Notes: generated from the sequence alone by a model not told the origin. Counted from the stretch's first letter, positions 1 through 10,139 are shown. The stretch is DNA of 64,000 bases from an uncultured delta proteobacterium (GCA_963793865.1 CAWCBP010000011.1:1-64000), one strand, 5' to 3'. Translations and numbers: made by a program.

Positions 1-129
1 ACCAGGATACCTCTACTATAATTTCCTGCACCGGCTGCCTGAGCAAACAACAGATATAAAGTGATGTGCATAAAAAAGTGTAATTACACGATTGATTCGT
101 TGGACGAATAGTTTATAATACTGAATGTA

Positions 130-480
130 TCTGTGAATTGTGACGGGACTGATGCAGCGATCTTAAAATAGATTTTAAAAGCAATTCCGTGAATAGACCC
201 TGCAATACGGCGGCTCCGTGCAATGGAGATTTTTCATGCAATGGCAATGTAGAAATGAAGGAAGTGATGCCGCTCGGTTCAAGACTGATTTTGGAAGAAA
301 CAGTCTCAACAACCCCTGTCCCAGTTGTGAAAAAATTCCCGGTGCGTGTATCCGTAAAGGAGGAAATGGTACTGATGGTACTGATGCTCCTCTGTTCAAA
401 TCAGATTTCGGCCACAGTGCGATACAGAACCCGTAGCCTGTACGAGTAAACAGTGGACCGTGGTGTAATTATATCAGTGA
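130..480 (+). pseudogene. Decayed remnant of the Cys-rich twin EF-hand/dockerin-like C-terminal module (about three repeat units)
   Basis: Mixed frames give PCNGDFSCNGNV / GSDAARFKTDFGRNSLNNPCPSC / DGTDAPLFKSDFGHSAIQNP and end ...W-C-N-Y (tggtgtaattat), matching the C-termini of 742..1836 and 10908..12683; stops and frameshifts, no N-terminal passenger visible. Confidence 0.7.
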
Positions 481-506
481 TCTAAGAATTGAAATCTTTC
501 GAATCC

Positions 507-543
507 GCCCCTCTGCCAATTATAGGCAGGGGGGCTGTTTTTT
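507..543 (+). terminator. Rho-independent terminator
   Basis: GCCCCTCTGCC-aattata-GGCAGGGGGGC stem followed by T-run; homologous to 1864..1900. Confidence 0.75.
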
Positions 544-655
544 AATACTCGTCATCAGCTAATCTATTCACCTGATGCATGTTTTGTAGTTCCCTAAAAT
601 GAAGACTGTATATCAAAACAATGAAACGGTAGCCTGCAATCCAATGAGAAAACAA

Positions 656-684
656 TTGACTTTATATTAATAATCATGTATTAT
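656..684 (+). promoter_or_regulatory. Sigma70-type promoter for the rhodanese-domain gene
   Basis: TTGACT-17 bp-TATTAT in AT-rich DNA 57 bp upstream of ATG 742. Confidence 0.55.
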
Positions 685-741
685 ATATAAAATGTTTTTT
701 AATAATTGATTTAAATAATTAACTTTGATAGGGATGATGAA

Positions 742-1836
742 ATGATAAAAAATAATATAGCATTCAAGTCTTTTTTCTTTTTCTTAACGTTTTTTGGACT
801 TTCTGTGTTTGCCTGGGGGCACACTGACGTGACACCTGAGCAGGCAAAACAGATGATCGATACCAATAATGAGCTTATAGTGATTGATGTAAGGGAACTG
901 AGTGAGTATTGCAGCTATGGCCATATTCCCGGGGCACTCAATTATCCCTGGAACTCCGCTGTGCTGCAGGCACGTTACACGGAACTGCCAGCTGATGCAG
1001 ATATACTGGCTGTCTGCGGAGTCGGAGGCCGCAGTAATAATGCAGCGAACTTCCTTGATTCCCATGGTTTTATCCACGTCTATGATATGCTTGGCGGGAT
1101 GTCGGCTTGGACGTATGATACGGTCGGGTGTGTCGACACAGATTATGATGGCATTAATGATGACCTGGATAATTGCCCTGCTAACCCGAATTCTAACCAG
1201 GCGGATAGAGACGGGGATGGCTTGGGTGATGTCTGTGATCCTGATAATGATAATGATGGGATATGCGATCCCGGTAAAACTGATCCCTCCTGTACCGGAT
1301 CGGATAATTGCCAGTATATTAATAATCTCTGCCAGTGCGATGCGGACGGTGATGGGATGGGGGATGCGTGTGATACCTGCACGGATACTGATCATGACGG
1401 CTATGGTGACCCGGGATTTCCTGTGAATACCTGCCCGGTAGATAATTGCCCTGATCTAGCGAGCCCAAATCAGGCTGATGCGGATGGTGATTGTATCGGA
1501 GATGTGTGTGATCCTGAGCCTGAGGTGTATGATCCGTTAACCCTTGACTCATATCCCCCACAAGGCAACAGCATAGGTGATGCCTGTGACTGTGAGGGAA
1601 ACTTTAACTGTGATGCAGATGTAGATGGTTCAGATGCATCAACTTTCAAAGCAGATTTCGGCAGAAGCCTATTAAACAGTCGTTGTGTTACTGCTGATCC
1701 ATGCAACGGTGATTTCTCATGTGACGGTGATGTAGATGGCACTGATGCTAGCTTATTCAAACAGGACTTCGGTAGAAGCCAGTTTCAGAACCCATGCCCT
1801 GCGTGTGTAAGCAGTGGAGCGTGGTGTAACTATTGA
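742..1836 (+). CDS. Exported rhodanese-domain protein with thrombospondin type-3-like Ca-binding repeats and C-terminal twin dockerin-like module
   Basis: Signal peptide (…GLSVFAWG), rhodanese motifs IDVRE, GHIPGA, active loop CGVGGRS, GGMSAW; DxDxDGxGDxCD repeats; GNFNCDADVDGSDASTFKADFGR-type unit x2. Confidence 0.85.
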   Translation: MIKNNIAFKSFFFFLTFFGLSVFAWGHTDVTPEQAKQMIDTNNELIVIDVRELSEYCSYGHIPGALNYPWNSAVLQARYTELPADADILAVCGVGGRSNNAANFLDSHGFIHVYDMLGGMSAWTYDTVGCVDTDYDGINDDLDNCPANPNSNQADRDGDGLGDVCDPDNDNDGICDPGKTDPSCTGSDNCQYINNLCQCDADGDGMGDACDTCTDTDHDGYGDPGFPVNTCPVDNCPDLASPNQADADGDCIGDVCDPEPEVYDPLTLDSYPPQGNSIGDACDCEGNFNCDADVDGSDASTFKADFGRSLLNSRCVTADPCNGDFSCDGDVDGTDASLFKQDFGRSQFQNPCPACVSSGAWCNY

Positions 1837-1863
1837 ACCGAATAAATCAGAAATCTGCGACGC

Positions 1864-1900
1864 AGCCCCTCCGCCAATTGTAGGCTGGGGGGCTTTTTTT
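1864..1900 (+). terminator. Rho-independent terminator
   Basis: AGCCCCTCCGCC-aattgta-GGCTGGGGGGCT then T-run, just after stop 1836. Confidence 0.75.
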
Positions 1901-2064
1901 GTTGGGAAGATTCGGAGTTATTTGATATAACAAGACAGCGATAAATAATGTAGCGGGACTTGATTCCACACCTCTCCTTTCTCATCGTCCCCATCAGCCG
2001 CACCCTGGTGGGGAGTTTTTATTGTACTTTTTAGGTTCCCTCACCTTCTTATTTAAACGCACTC

Positions 2065-2271
2065 CCTATCCCCCTCCTCCATTCAGCCTCATGCTACGAG
2101 ATCGCCTGTCTGAGCTGACATCTTTTTTATCATGGGGAATGCCTGTGCGAAAATGATCGCAAGTCTATATGGCTGTCAGGGTATGGTTCAGGATGTAGAA
2201 AAGGGTTCTATAATCAGGGACGGGTAACTTATGGGCTGGTGAGAGGGGAGAGGTTCATAGTAATTCTTTTT
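2065..2271. repeat. ~210-bp degenerate direct repeat, copy 1 (copy 2 at 3498..3707)
   Basis: Collinear blocks cctatcccc, gagctgac, tagaaaaggg, tctataat and an exact 21-mer aggttcatagtaattcttttt. Confidence 0.8.
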
Positions 2272-2460
2272 TTCCATCCTTCCTGATTAAAGGCATGATG
2301 CTGGCTTTTTATTTGTGACCATTTTGTGAAAAAGTCCAGATACAAAGGCTGGTCGGCAAGAATGAATGGACAGGATTAAAAATTTATGATTTAAGATGAT
2401 CTTAAATGTGGAGATGATGGCGTGTCAGTGGACGGATATAGATAAGTCGGAAATCTATTC

Positions 2461-3452
2461 ATGAATTTACAAAAAATTCTAATTCTCGCACTCATTCTGA
2501 TCACACTTCTCCTTCCAGGTAGCTGCAGCCACTTTAGAAACGCAATCAATACGCCAATGGAGCAGCAGCCAATAGCTTTTAATTGCATTGAGAGAGGTTA
2601 TGCTATGCCACAGGAAAAATTCTTCAATACGGGTAAGTTGAAAATAAATTATCTTGATACTGGCTCTAATTCCGTCGAACCGTTGATCATGCTCCACGGC
2701 GGCGCATGGCGCTGGGAAGAATATCTTTCTCTTATTCCCGGTCTATCTCAGAGGTGGCATGTCTACGCGATAGATTTGAGAGGAAATGGCAAATCAGACT
2801 GGGTTCCGAGCAATATCGCCTGCAAGATTTTACAGATGATATCGTGGCATTTATAAAACAATTAGATGCACCGGCTGTTCTCGTAGGGCACTCCCTTGGC
2901 TGTGTGATAGCGCTTATGGCAGCCACACGCTATCCGGAAAAGGTGAAAGCTCTCATCCTTGAGGATCCAGTTTTGACCGTGGAAAATTATAAGAGAGTCG
3001 TTGAATCAAGTCGGGACATGTATGGAATCTGGCTCAACCTGAAGAGATCAGCACAGTCTGAACAAGAATTAGCTCTGGCTTTGGCTGAAAAATTTTTTAA
3101 AGATTATCCGGGGGTAACCAGTTCCTGGATGTTGTTCTTTGCCGGATGCCTGTGGCAGCTTGATCCCACTTATTTTAACGCAATGCTTTATGACTTTAAC
3201 AGTTTTATAAAGGGGTATGACTATAAAACTATCCTAGCGCAGATCAAAAGTCCTATCTTGTTCATTAGTGGTGATGTAAAACTCGGTGCTGTGCTGTCGG
3301 ATGATGAAATCTCATGGCTGAAACAGAATTGCAGCAATGTGCAATATGCCCACATCAGCGGAGTTGGCCATCTTTTACATTTAGAAGATAAGGGTCAGAC
3401 ACCAGTGTTGACAGAGATGACGACATTTCTTGAGCGTATTCCAAAAAAATAG
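2461..3452 (+). CDS. Alpha/beta-fold hydrolase (one frameshift near 2808; alternative start 2605)
   Basis: LHGG, DLRGNGKS in ORF 2461..2856 continue as EQYRLQDF…GHSLG nucleophile elbow…GVGH in ORF 2706..3452; possible lipoprotein signal LLLPGSC. Confidence 0.8.
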
Positions 3453-3497
3453 CTATTATGAGAGTAAGATAAATTTGGATGATAGATACTTTCCCTT

Positions 3498-3707
3498 CCT
3501 ATCCCCTTCCTCCCTTCATCATCATGCCAAAGAGACTGGCTTCAGAGCTGACTTCTTTCTAATCGTGGGGAAATACCCTTTGCTGGGAAAAATCGTGGTT
3601 CTTATGGCCTCTCAGGATATGGGTCAGGACATAGAAAAGGGGTCTATAATGATGGACAGGCAATGTACAGGCGTGGATCAGAAAATAGGTTCATAGTAAT
3701 TCTTTTT
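3498..3707. repeat. ~210-bp degenerate direct repeat, copy 2
   Basis: See 2065..2271; the two copies bracket the hydrolase gene. Confidence 0.8.
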
Positions 3708-3754
3708 CCGCAGCCCTGACATCGGGCTTTATCATTGGTAGGGCATAGAGGTCA

Positions 3755-4000
3755 TTACCTAGCAGCCGATTTCCGCTCATCTCTACATTTCGTCGTTGCC
3801 AAAACAATTCCATCACTGATGGCACTGACCGTTTGCAGGCTCCATTTGTTCAATTTCCGCTCCTGCCTTAATTTTTCATATGCCATTTCCATTGATATGC
3901 CCCCTACCCTGGCAAGAAATTCCTCTACTGCCCTTCCTTTCACTCCGTGCCGACTGCTGAGGCTTCTGATTTCTTCTTTTGTCAGTTCCCGAAGCATCAT
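3755..4000 (-). CDS. Small hypothetical protein, translationally coupled to the integrase
   Basis: 81 aa, ATGA overlap with integrase stop, GGAGG upstream. Confidence 0.6.
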   Translation of the reverse strand: MMLRELTKEEIRSLSSRHGVKGRAVEEFLARVGGISMEMAYEKLRQERKLNKWSLQTVSAISDGIVLATTKCRDERKSAAR

Positions 4001-5106
4001 GCTTCTTTCCTCCCGGCTTCATTCCAGTGATAGGTAAAATCCCCGTCCAGCAATTCAACCGCTTCTTTTTTATAGCTTTCAGACAGGTGGGCATACCGTT
4101 GCGTCGTGGCAATATCACTGTGCCCCAGGATTTCAGCCACAGCCTTGAGGCTTGCTCCCCGCATCACCATCCAGCTGGCAAACGTGTGCCTCAGGTCATG
4201 AAAATGAAAATCCATAATCCCGGCTTTCTTCAGGGCAGAGTTGAATGACTTCTTAATGTCACCGAACGGTTTCCCGTTCCTATCACAGAAAACATAGTCG
4301 CTTTTGATGTGCCGGGGGAGGGACTGAAACAGTGCCTGCAAGGTTCTGTTGATGGGAATTTGCCTCGGTTGATCCGTTTTTGTATTGGTGAGGTAGATGA
4401 ATCCGTTTCGTATCTGGCTCCACTTCAAGGACAGGATTTCACCCTTCCTCATTCCTGTATTTAATGCAGTAATAACAATAGATTGTAAGTATTGCTTGCA
4501 GTAATATATGAGCTTATTTGCTTCCTCTTCGGAGAGGAACCGCAGCCTTTTATTGTTTTCCTTGTAGAATAGACCCCTGGCTTTCCTGAAGGGGCTTTGC
4601 TCCAGCATGTCCCATTCAACTGCCTTTGAAAGCAGGTGCCGGAGGACGGAGAGGGTTCTATTGACATCGGCAACGCTCCGTTCCCGTTTCGGCTTCAAAT
4701 AAAAGGCCCTGACCTTCTTTCCCCTGGGCACCTTTTCGATGCCAGACTTCACGGGGATTGATTTTAAACTATTCCGGAGCTGCTCAAGGTCATAGAGGGT
4801 GATTTCACTCAGCAACTTGCCGGTGAAGTATCTTTCCAGGTGAGCCAACCGGCAAGTCTTTGAGACAAAAGACCGCTGGTGCTTGAAGGTTTCCCTGTAT
4901 CTGGCCAGCAATTCATCAAAGGTGCAGGTATACTCCTTCTTCACATCAAAGAGCCGGTTTTCCCTCTTGGCGGCCATAATTTTTGAATAGCGAGCGACAG
5001 CATCAGTCTTCTTATGACCGATGGCTTCCCGGACTCTCCTCCGGTTGCTGCCTTTGCCGACAAAATAATCGACATACCAGGTGTCGCCTCTTTTCCCTAC
5101 GCCCAT
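3997..5106 (-). CDS. int: Tyrosine recombinase / phage integrase
   Basis: TGMRKGE, HDLRHTFASW, LGH, QRY catalytic motifs; N-terminal arm-binding-like WYVDY…RRVRE. Confidence 0.95.
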   Translation of the reverse strand: MGVGKRGDTWYVDYFVGKGSNRRRVREAIGHKKTDAVARYSKIMAAKRENRLFDVKKEYTCTFDELLARYRETFKHQRSFVSKTCRLAHLERYFTGKLLSEITLYDLEQLRNSLKSIPVKSGIEKVPRGKKVRAFYLKPKRERSVADVNRTLSVLRHLLSKAVEWDMLEQSPFRKARGLFYKENNKRLRFLSEEEANKLIYYCKQYLQSIVITALNTGMRKGEILSLKWSQIRNGFIYLTNTKTDQPRQIPINRTLQALFQSLPRHIKSDYVFCDRNGKPFGDIKKSFNSALKKAGIMDFHFHDLRHTFASWMVMRGASLKAVAEILGHSDIATTQRYAHLSESYKKEAVELLDGDFTYHWNEAGRKEA

Positions 5107-5387
5107 ATATTCACCATGCTTGCTGTTTGAAATTCAGATACAACAGAGAGGAGAGATAGCAAGCGGAAAGTCTGATGATTGTAGTATGTGTTACTAGCAA
5201 GTGATTCAATTCTCCTCTGAGTAAGGAACTCCTGCACGTCTTCCAGCTTAAATCTGATGCACTTCTCCAGCCGGTAATGAGGGAGCAGGCCTCGGCCGCA
5301 CCATTTATAAACAGTGTCTACGGTGATACCCAGGGCTTTGGCAACCTCATCAGGACGGAGGAGAGATATGCGATTCGATCTGTTCAT
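5097..5387 (-). CDS. Excisionase-type HTH (Xis/RdfS-like); reads in frame with the upstream O-like ORF in this sequence
   Basis: LLRPDEVAKALGITVDTVYKW…LPHYRLEKCIRF motif directly upstream of int. Confidence 0.7.
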   Translation of the reverse strand: MNRSNRISLLRPDEVAKALGITVDTVYKWCGRGLLPHYRLEKCIRFKLEDVQEFLTQRRIESLASNTYYNHQTFRLLSLLSVVSEFQTASMVNIWA

Positions 5388-6119
5388 TAAGTAATTGCCT
5401 TGTCCTATGCAACGTTGAATACCAAGATCTATGGGATTAACAATCACTGGAGTAGCAAGAAACTCTTTATAGCGTCCTGCCTGACCAAAAAAATTGTGAG
5501 AATGAATAATGTATTTTTCTCGAGTCCCGTTCTTTCTCAGGTCTTTTTTATAATTTGCTACAGCTCTTAAAAGAGACTCCTCTGTCTGCCCTGACTGCAA
5601 CAAATTGATAATTGATTTCAGTGTAAGGGTTTCATTCACTTTTTTAGGATAAGCTTCATAGATTTTTCCTGCAGATTCCTCAAAAGAAACATTTTTACCT
5701 TCTCTTTTTGTATAATTTATTATTTGTTTTGTGAGCGCCAGATCTGGCGCTAGAGGTGTGGCCTGTATAGGCGCTACCCTATGGCCTATACAGGCGCTAT
5801 TGTTAGCTGCAGATACTTTCCACCTGGAACAATCCATTTGCATGGCATAGGCATTGATATGCCCATCCCATTTTGAGATGATGTTCCGTGCTACCAGTGT
5901 CTTAAGGGAACGTTGAACGTGCCTTCTATCCAACCCAGTTGCTTCCGCAAATTGACTGATACTGATAGCATCTCTGTCCTTGTGCCAGCCGAAGGTTTTC
6001 CTCATGATTGTCCAAACGATCTTACTCTCATTGGGCGATAGGTTAATCCTCGCCATGCCGTCTTCTATGAGATCGTTTGGAATTTGCGTGAAGCCTAATA
6101 TTATTTTGGGATTTGACAT
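5388..6119 (-). CDS. Lambda O-like replication initiator (N-terminal winged helix); part of continuous ORF 5097..6125
   Basis: GFTQIPNDLIE…LSPNESKIVWTIMRKTFGWHKDRDAISISQFAEATGL; C-terminal IYEAYPKK…HNFF module typical of phage initiators. Confidence 0.8.
5704..5799. repeat. Putative replication origin: three iterons plus AT-rich tract inside the O-like gene
   Basis: GCC-N6-GGCGCTA at 5737, 5761, 5784 (24/23-bp spacing), adjacent to an A/T tract at 5704..5730. Confidence 0.65.
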
Positions 6120-6173
6120 GTTCACCTACCAGTCAATAGATGTCTGTTGACTAAGCCTTTTTATTTCTTCTCG

Positions 6174-7865
6174 TTAAGCACCTAACTTTGATATTGACCC
6201 TTCAAAGTAAAGCGCCGTGTCTCCTCCTGGGTAATAACGAGATGCATCCAATCTAAAGAAAGTTTCGGGAGCTAACGCACTATCAAGTTGTTTATATTCT
6301 TCTGTATTAGATCTAATCCTCTTCCTGTGCATCATTATAACGTGGTCAACATCAGCTCCTATAAGCGAACTGTCCCTTAAGTCCTCGATTCCGATTATTT
6401 CATCCGGGTCGCTTTTCCTGGGTTGAACGACTAGCATAATAGGAATGTGCAGATCCTCTGCCAGGAGTTTAAACTCTTGAGTAGCAACTGCTACCTCCTG
6501 ACTAACGTTCTTTGCTTTTCTTCCAAGAAAGTGGAGATTGTCAAACACGACGAACTTAATTCCATATGCACCAACAGCATCCCGTATGGTTTTAACCACG
6601 AAATCTAACTCTACCCTTCTATAATCCCGGCATAAATACAGGGGTAGAACGGGCAATATTCGTTCTTGCTTCCTTCATCATATTGTTGTCGAGTTGATTG
6701 ATTGGCTTGCCCAGTTTGATTGATAGGATTTTTGGCAACAGTCTGTCAGGACCCATTTCAATGCAGTAGAATAGGCAGGGGATACCGTGCATGGCATTAA
6801 AATAGGCTATGTTCAGCGCAAAGGTTGTTTTACCCGTCTTTGGTACTGCGGATAAAGCGATAAGCTCTCCCGGTTGATAACTGGGTATGAGCCTGTTTAC
6901 ATTCTCCCACTCGGTCTTAATACCTTCTTTTTGTGCATCTGAAACAGGACTTTCAATAAGGTATCCAATGAGATCATGAACCGATATGATCGAGGGGATA
7001 CTGAATTTTTTTGCTTCTTCCTGAAGTTTTTTAAAATTGTCTGGTGGATTATCCTTGAAAAAATCGTTTACATCCTGCCCCTGGGGAAGAAGAACATTCT
7101 GACACCGAGCAAAGCCAAGCTTTTGGGCTGTGCTGTATACTCCCCTTTGACCAGCTTCATCATGGTCGTAGCAAAGGCATATGCGGCCAATTCCCTCGAG
7201 CTTGTTCAACCACTCATTAGGGAAAGCACCAGCACCAACCGTAACCCCGACAACGTTTTTAAATCCAGCCTGCCACAGAGACATGGCATCTATTTCCCCC
7301 TCCGTAATAAATAGTTCGTCATAGCCATCCTTTAAGCAATCTTCATTAAAATAGAATTGATGGTTTCCCATTTTCTCGATGGAATTGCTTTTCAGCTGGT
7401 GGCAGTGACCTGTATTTGATATTAATTAAGGAGCCGTCACTGAAATGAGGGAATGTCTCAACCACTTAATGTTGCCTCGCATAGAAACACCAAGCTTGAA
7501 ATGCTTGATTGTTTCTGCTGTTAATCCTCTTCCCTCTTGCAGGTACTCCATTACTCCTGTGCGATCAGCTAATAACCCCTGATGATACTCCAGGCATTTT
7601 CCTGTATCGAGAGGAGCATGACTTTCTGACTTTATCTCCTCTGTGGTAACGATGTGTTCTTTCTCTTTATTCCTCAAGCTTCAATCCGCAGCTGAAACAG
7701 ATTGCCGGACTCTAAACATTTTTTGCAGTCCCAAAGGCCTTTTTCAGCATGCATGTAAAAGTGTCCCTTCTTGTCACCACATAAGGGGCATACCCGAACA
7801 CGCAATTGAGACCCGACCTGCTTAAAGCTCCATCCTTTCTGATTTACATAATCTCTCGGTTCCAT
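6174..7865 (-). CDS. T7 gp4/Twinkle-like primase-helicase, split by about 3 frameshifts
   Basis: Zn finger CPLC…CKKC (7674..7865), YLQEGRGL (7426..7677), TOPRIM TEGEIDA/YDHD and Walker A AVPKTGKTT (6619..7371), VFDNLH and DLRDSSLIGADVD (6174..6656). Confidence 0.85.
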
Positions 7866-7932
7866 TAACTACCTCCTTTTCTAAGTGATTGAATGTTTTT
7901 TGTTTTTCCTTTTTTCTTCCCGGCCAGGAATT

Positions 7933-7966
7933 AAAAAGGGTGAAAGGTTTTTGTCCTTTCACCCTT
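7933..7966 (-). terminator. Strong hairpin/terminator between activator gene and primase-helicase
   Basis: AAGGGTGAAAGG-7 nt-CCTTTCACCCTT perfect 12-bp stem, T-run on minus strand. Confidence 0.7.
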
Positions 7967-8098
7967 AAGAAAAAAGGAAGGTTATAGGGGGTAGTTAATT
8001 TTCGCAGGATTGATTATGGAGCTAAGGCATAAAATCATTCATCAAATGTAGGGATTCTAGAAGGTCATCTTCAAGCTGTTTGTATTTTCATTATTGTA

Positions 8099-9301
8099 TT
8101 CAATCTGGGATAGAAGCAATTACGTCCTCCCGGCATTTATCCTGTTCTATGTAGCCAACAATAGCTGGACATAGTCCTAACAGGTATCCCTTTGAGGGCA
8201 TTTTTCACAGGTTATAACCAAATCTTCTTTTTTTACTTCCTCCCTGGCTTTTTTTACATTTTGATATAGATGTTCTTTCCGGTAAATTAGTTTATAGGCA
8301 ACACAGAAACCTTTCCTGACCAGATCGGCTGATATTTTAGGTTTATCAGGAAAGATTTTAATTCCAATTTCTTTGTAGGCAGGAGGGTCATATTCAGCTC
8401 TCATGTCCCATATTTTTAAATATTTTTCATAGTGCTTAAATTCTTTTCGTGAGCTATGCAGTATCCTTCTTTCTTCTATTCTTTTTTCGGTTTCCCGTCG
8501 ATTGCTGATCATTTCTGTAAGTTTTTTTAAGTGAGCTCTCCTTATCTCACAGATTTTTGCATCCTCCTTGTTCTGTTCGTACTTTTGTATTTCTTCTTCA
8601 TACTGCTGCTTAATAGCATCCTGTTCCTTCCGCAAGCGATCATAGCAGTTTTTTCAAAAGTTTTATGACTACCTCCAGTTCATGCATAATGCTGTTCTGT
8701 GAATAATTAAAATTGATTGGTCGAAGGTTACTTCCCCGTAGCTGCCAAAGCTGTTGACGTGCTCATCTTCGCTTTCGATGATGGTATGTTCATCAGCAAA
8801 TAAAAATGGTTCCCATCCCCTGACCGGAGCAATAACGCTATCCCAGGCATTTTAGCATCGAATGAAGGAACAATCTGACAAAAACCTCTTTATCCACTTT
8901 TCCGCAGATTTCTTCCAGCATTGACAATATTATAGTAGCCTCATCCACCTCCTGTCTGGTATGATTTTTGTAAGTTCATCAAATGACTGGTCTGGATTTA
9001 TCGGAACACCCAGCCTCCATCTCCGGCAGAAATCGAACTCGGTAGGGCCTGTTTCCGAATACCAGCCAAGCTCCCGGAAGTCTTCTACCTCCTTCAGAGA
9101 CCTGTTGTAATCCTCTCTATAATTAGTGTTCCTCCTCAGAAACTCCCATGCATACCTGATTTCGTTCATGCCGTCATCGTCAACCGAAATGCCGTGTATC
9201 ATCTTTTCTACGGCTATGGAACGTGGGCTATATTCATATACGATTCGACATGGGATAGCCTCCCCTGGTGAAGTGGGATTATTAGATTTTATGAAATCCA
9301 T
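8099..9301 (-). CDS. FseA-like (DUF6499 + DUF2285-like) transcriptional activator, broken by several frameshifts
   Basis: YAWEFLRRNTNYREDY (8930..9301); intervening frames give INFNYSQNSIMHELE; C-terminal YLKIWDMR…YKEIGIKIF…AYKLI (8177..8635); Cys-rich tail CEKC…C. Confidence 0.6.
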
Positions 9302-9498
9302 ACAATGGCTATGCAGAAACTGGCACCATACCCCTGATATTTAAAAAAATCTTAATAGATAACGCATTAGAATGCCAGTCAAATCATTTTATCTTTTATG
9401 TAAAGCTAAAATGACCTTTGACCTCTCGGCCTGGTATGGTAAAGGGACTGCCATAAAACCTAAAAGGTTCAACCACACCAATGAAAGGAGGAATGCTT

Positions 9499-10139
9499 AT
9501 GAAAAAGTGGTGCTAAAAAAACAGTACTACCTGGACAAGGAGGAGCTGAAGAAATTCAGGACATACTGGGAGGCGATGAAGGAGTGCATTGAAGAAGGGC
9601 TGTACCCGGCATGTCAAAACATGGATGTTAGTAAAATTTGCCCTTTCAACGGGGCTCAGGGCGTTTGAGATGTGTAACGTAATCGCCGGTGACCTTGTTT
9701 TAAAGGGTGATTACCCCCAGGTCACGGTCAAAAAAGGCAAAGGAAACGTACGAAACAAGCAGGTCTTCATATCCACACAGCTAGCAAAAGATCTAGATGG
9801 TATTTAAATTATAAGAAAACCACCTTGGATGAACCTATAGGCAGTGAAGATTACCTGCTCGTGACCGAAACCAAACACCAGCAGACCCCCCAGGGACTAT
9901 ATTATATGTGGCGGAATGCCTGCGTTCAGTCCGGTATCGGTAAATTCAAACTCCATTCTTCCCGGCACACGTACGCAACGCAGCTCTATAAGAAAACTAA
10001 AAATTTAAGGCTGGTGCAAAAGCAATTACGGCATGCTTCGATTGAAACGACCCAGGTATATGCCGACGTTATGCCGGAAGATATTATGGCCGGAGTGAAT
10101 GATCTGTACCGGGGAAATGAGCTGGGAAACACAATTTAA
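9499..10139 (+). CDS. Second, short (catalytic-domain-only) tyrosine recombinase, about 3 frameshifts
   Basis: AGGAGG RBS; TGLRAFE, KKGKG, LHSSRHTYAT, QLRHASIETTQVY across ORFs 9372/9589/9825. Confidence 0.8.

Noticed and set aside
498..518. TTCGAATCCGCCCCTCTGCCA resembling a tRNA T-arm/3' end
   Set aside because: No D-arm or anticodon arm upstream, acceptor side too short, and it forms the 5' arm of a terminator repeated at 1864; at most an att relic, not a tRNA gene
3430..3696. 88-aa ORF over direct repeat copy 2
   Set aside because: Frame is not conserved in repeat copy 1, so the repeat is treated as non-coding
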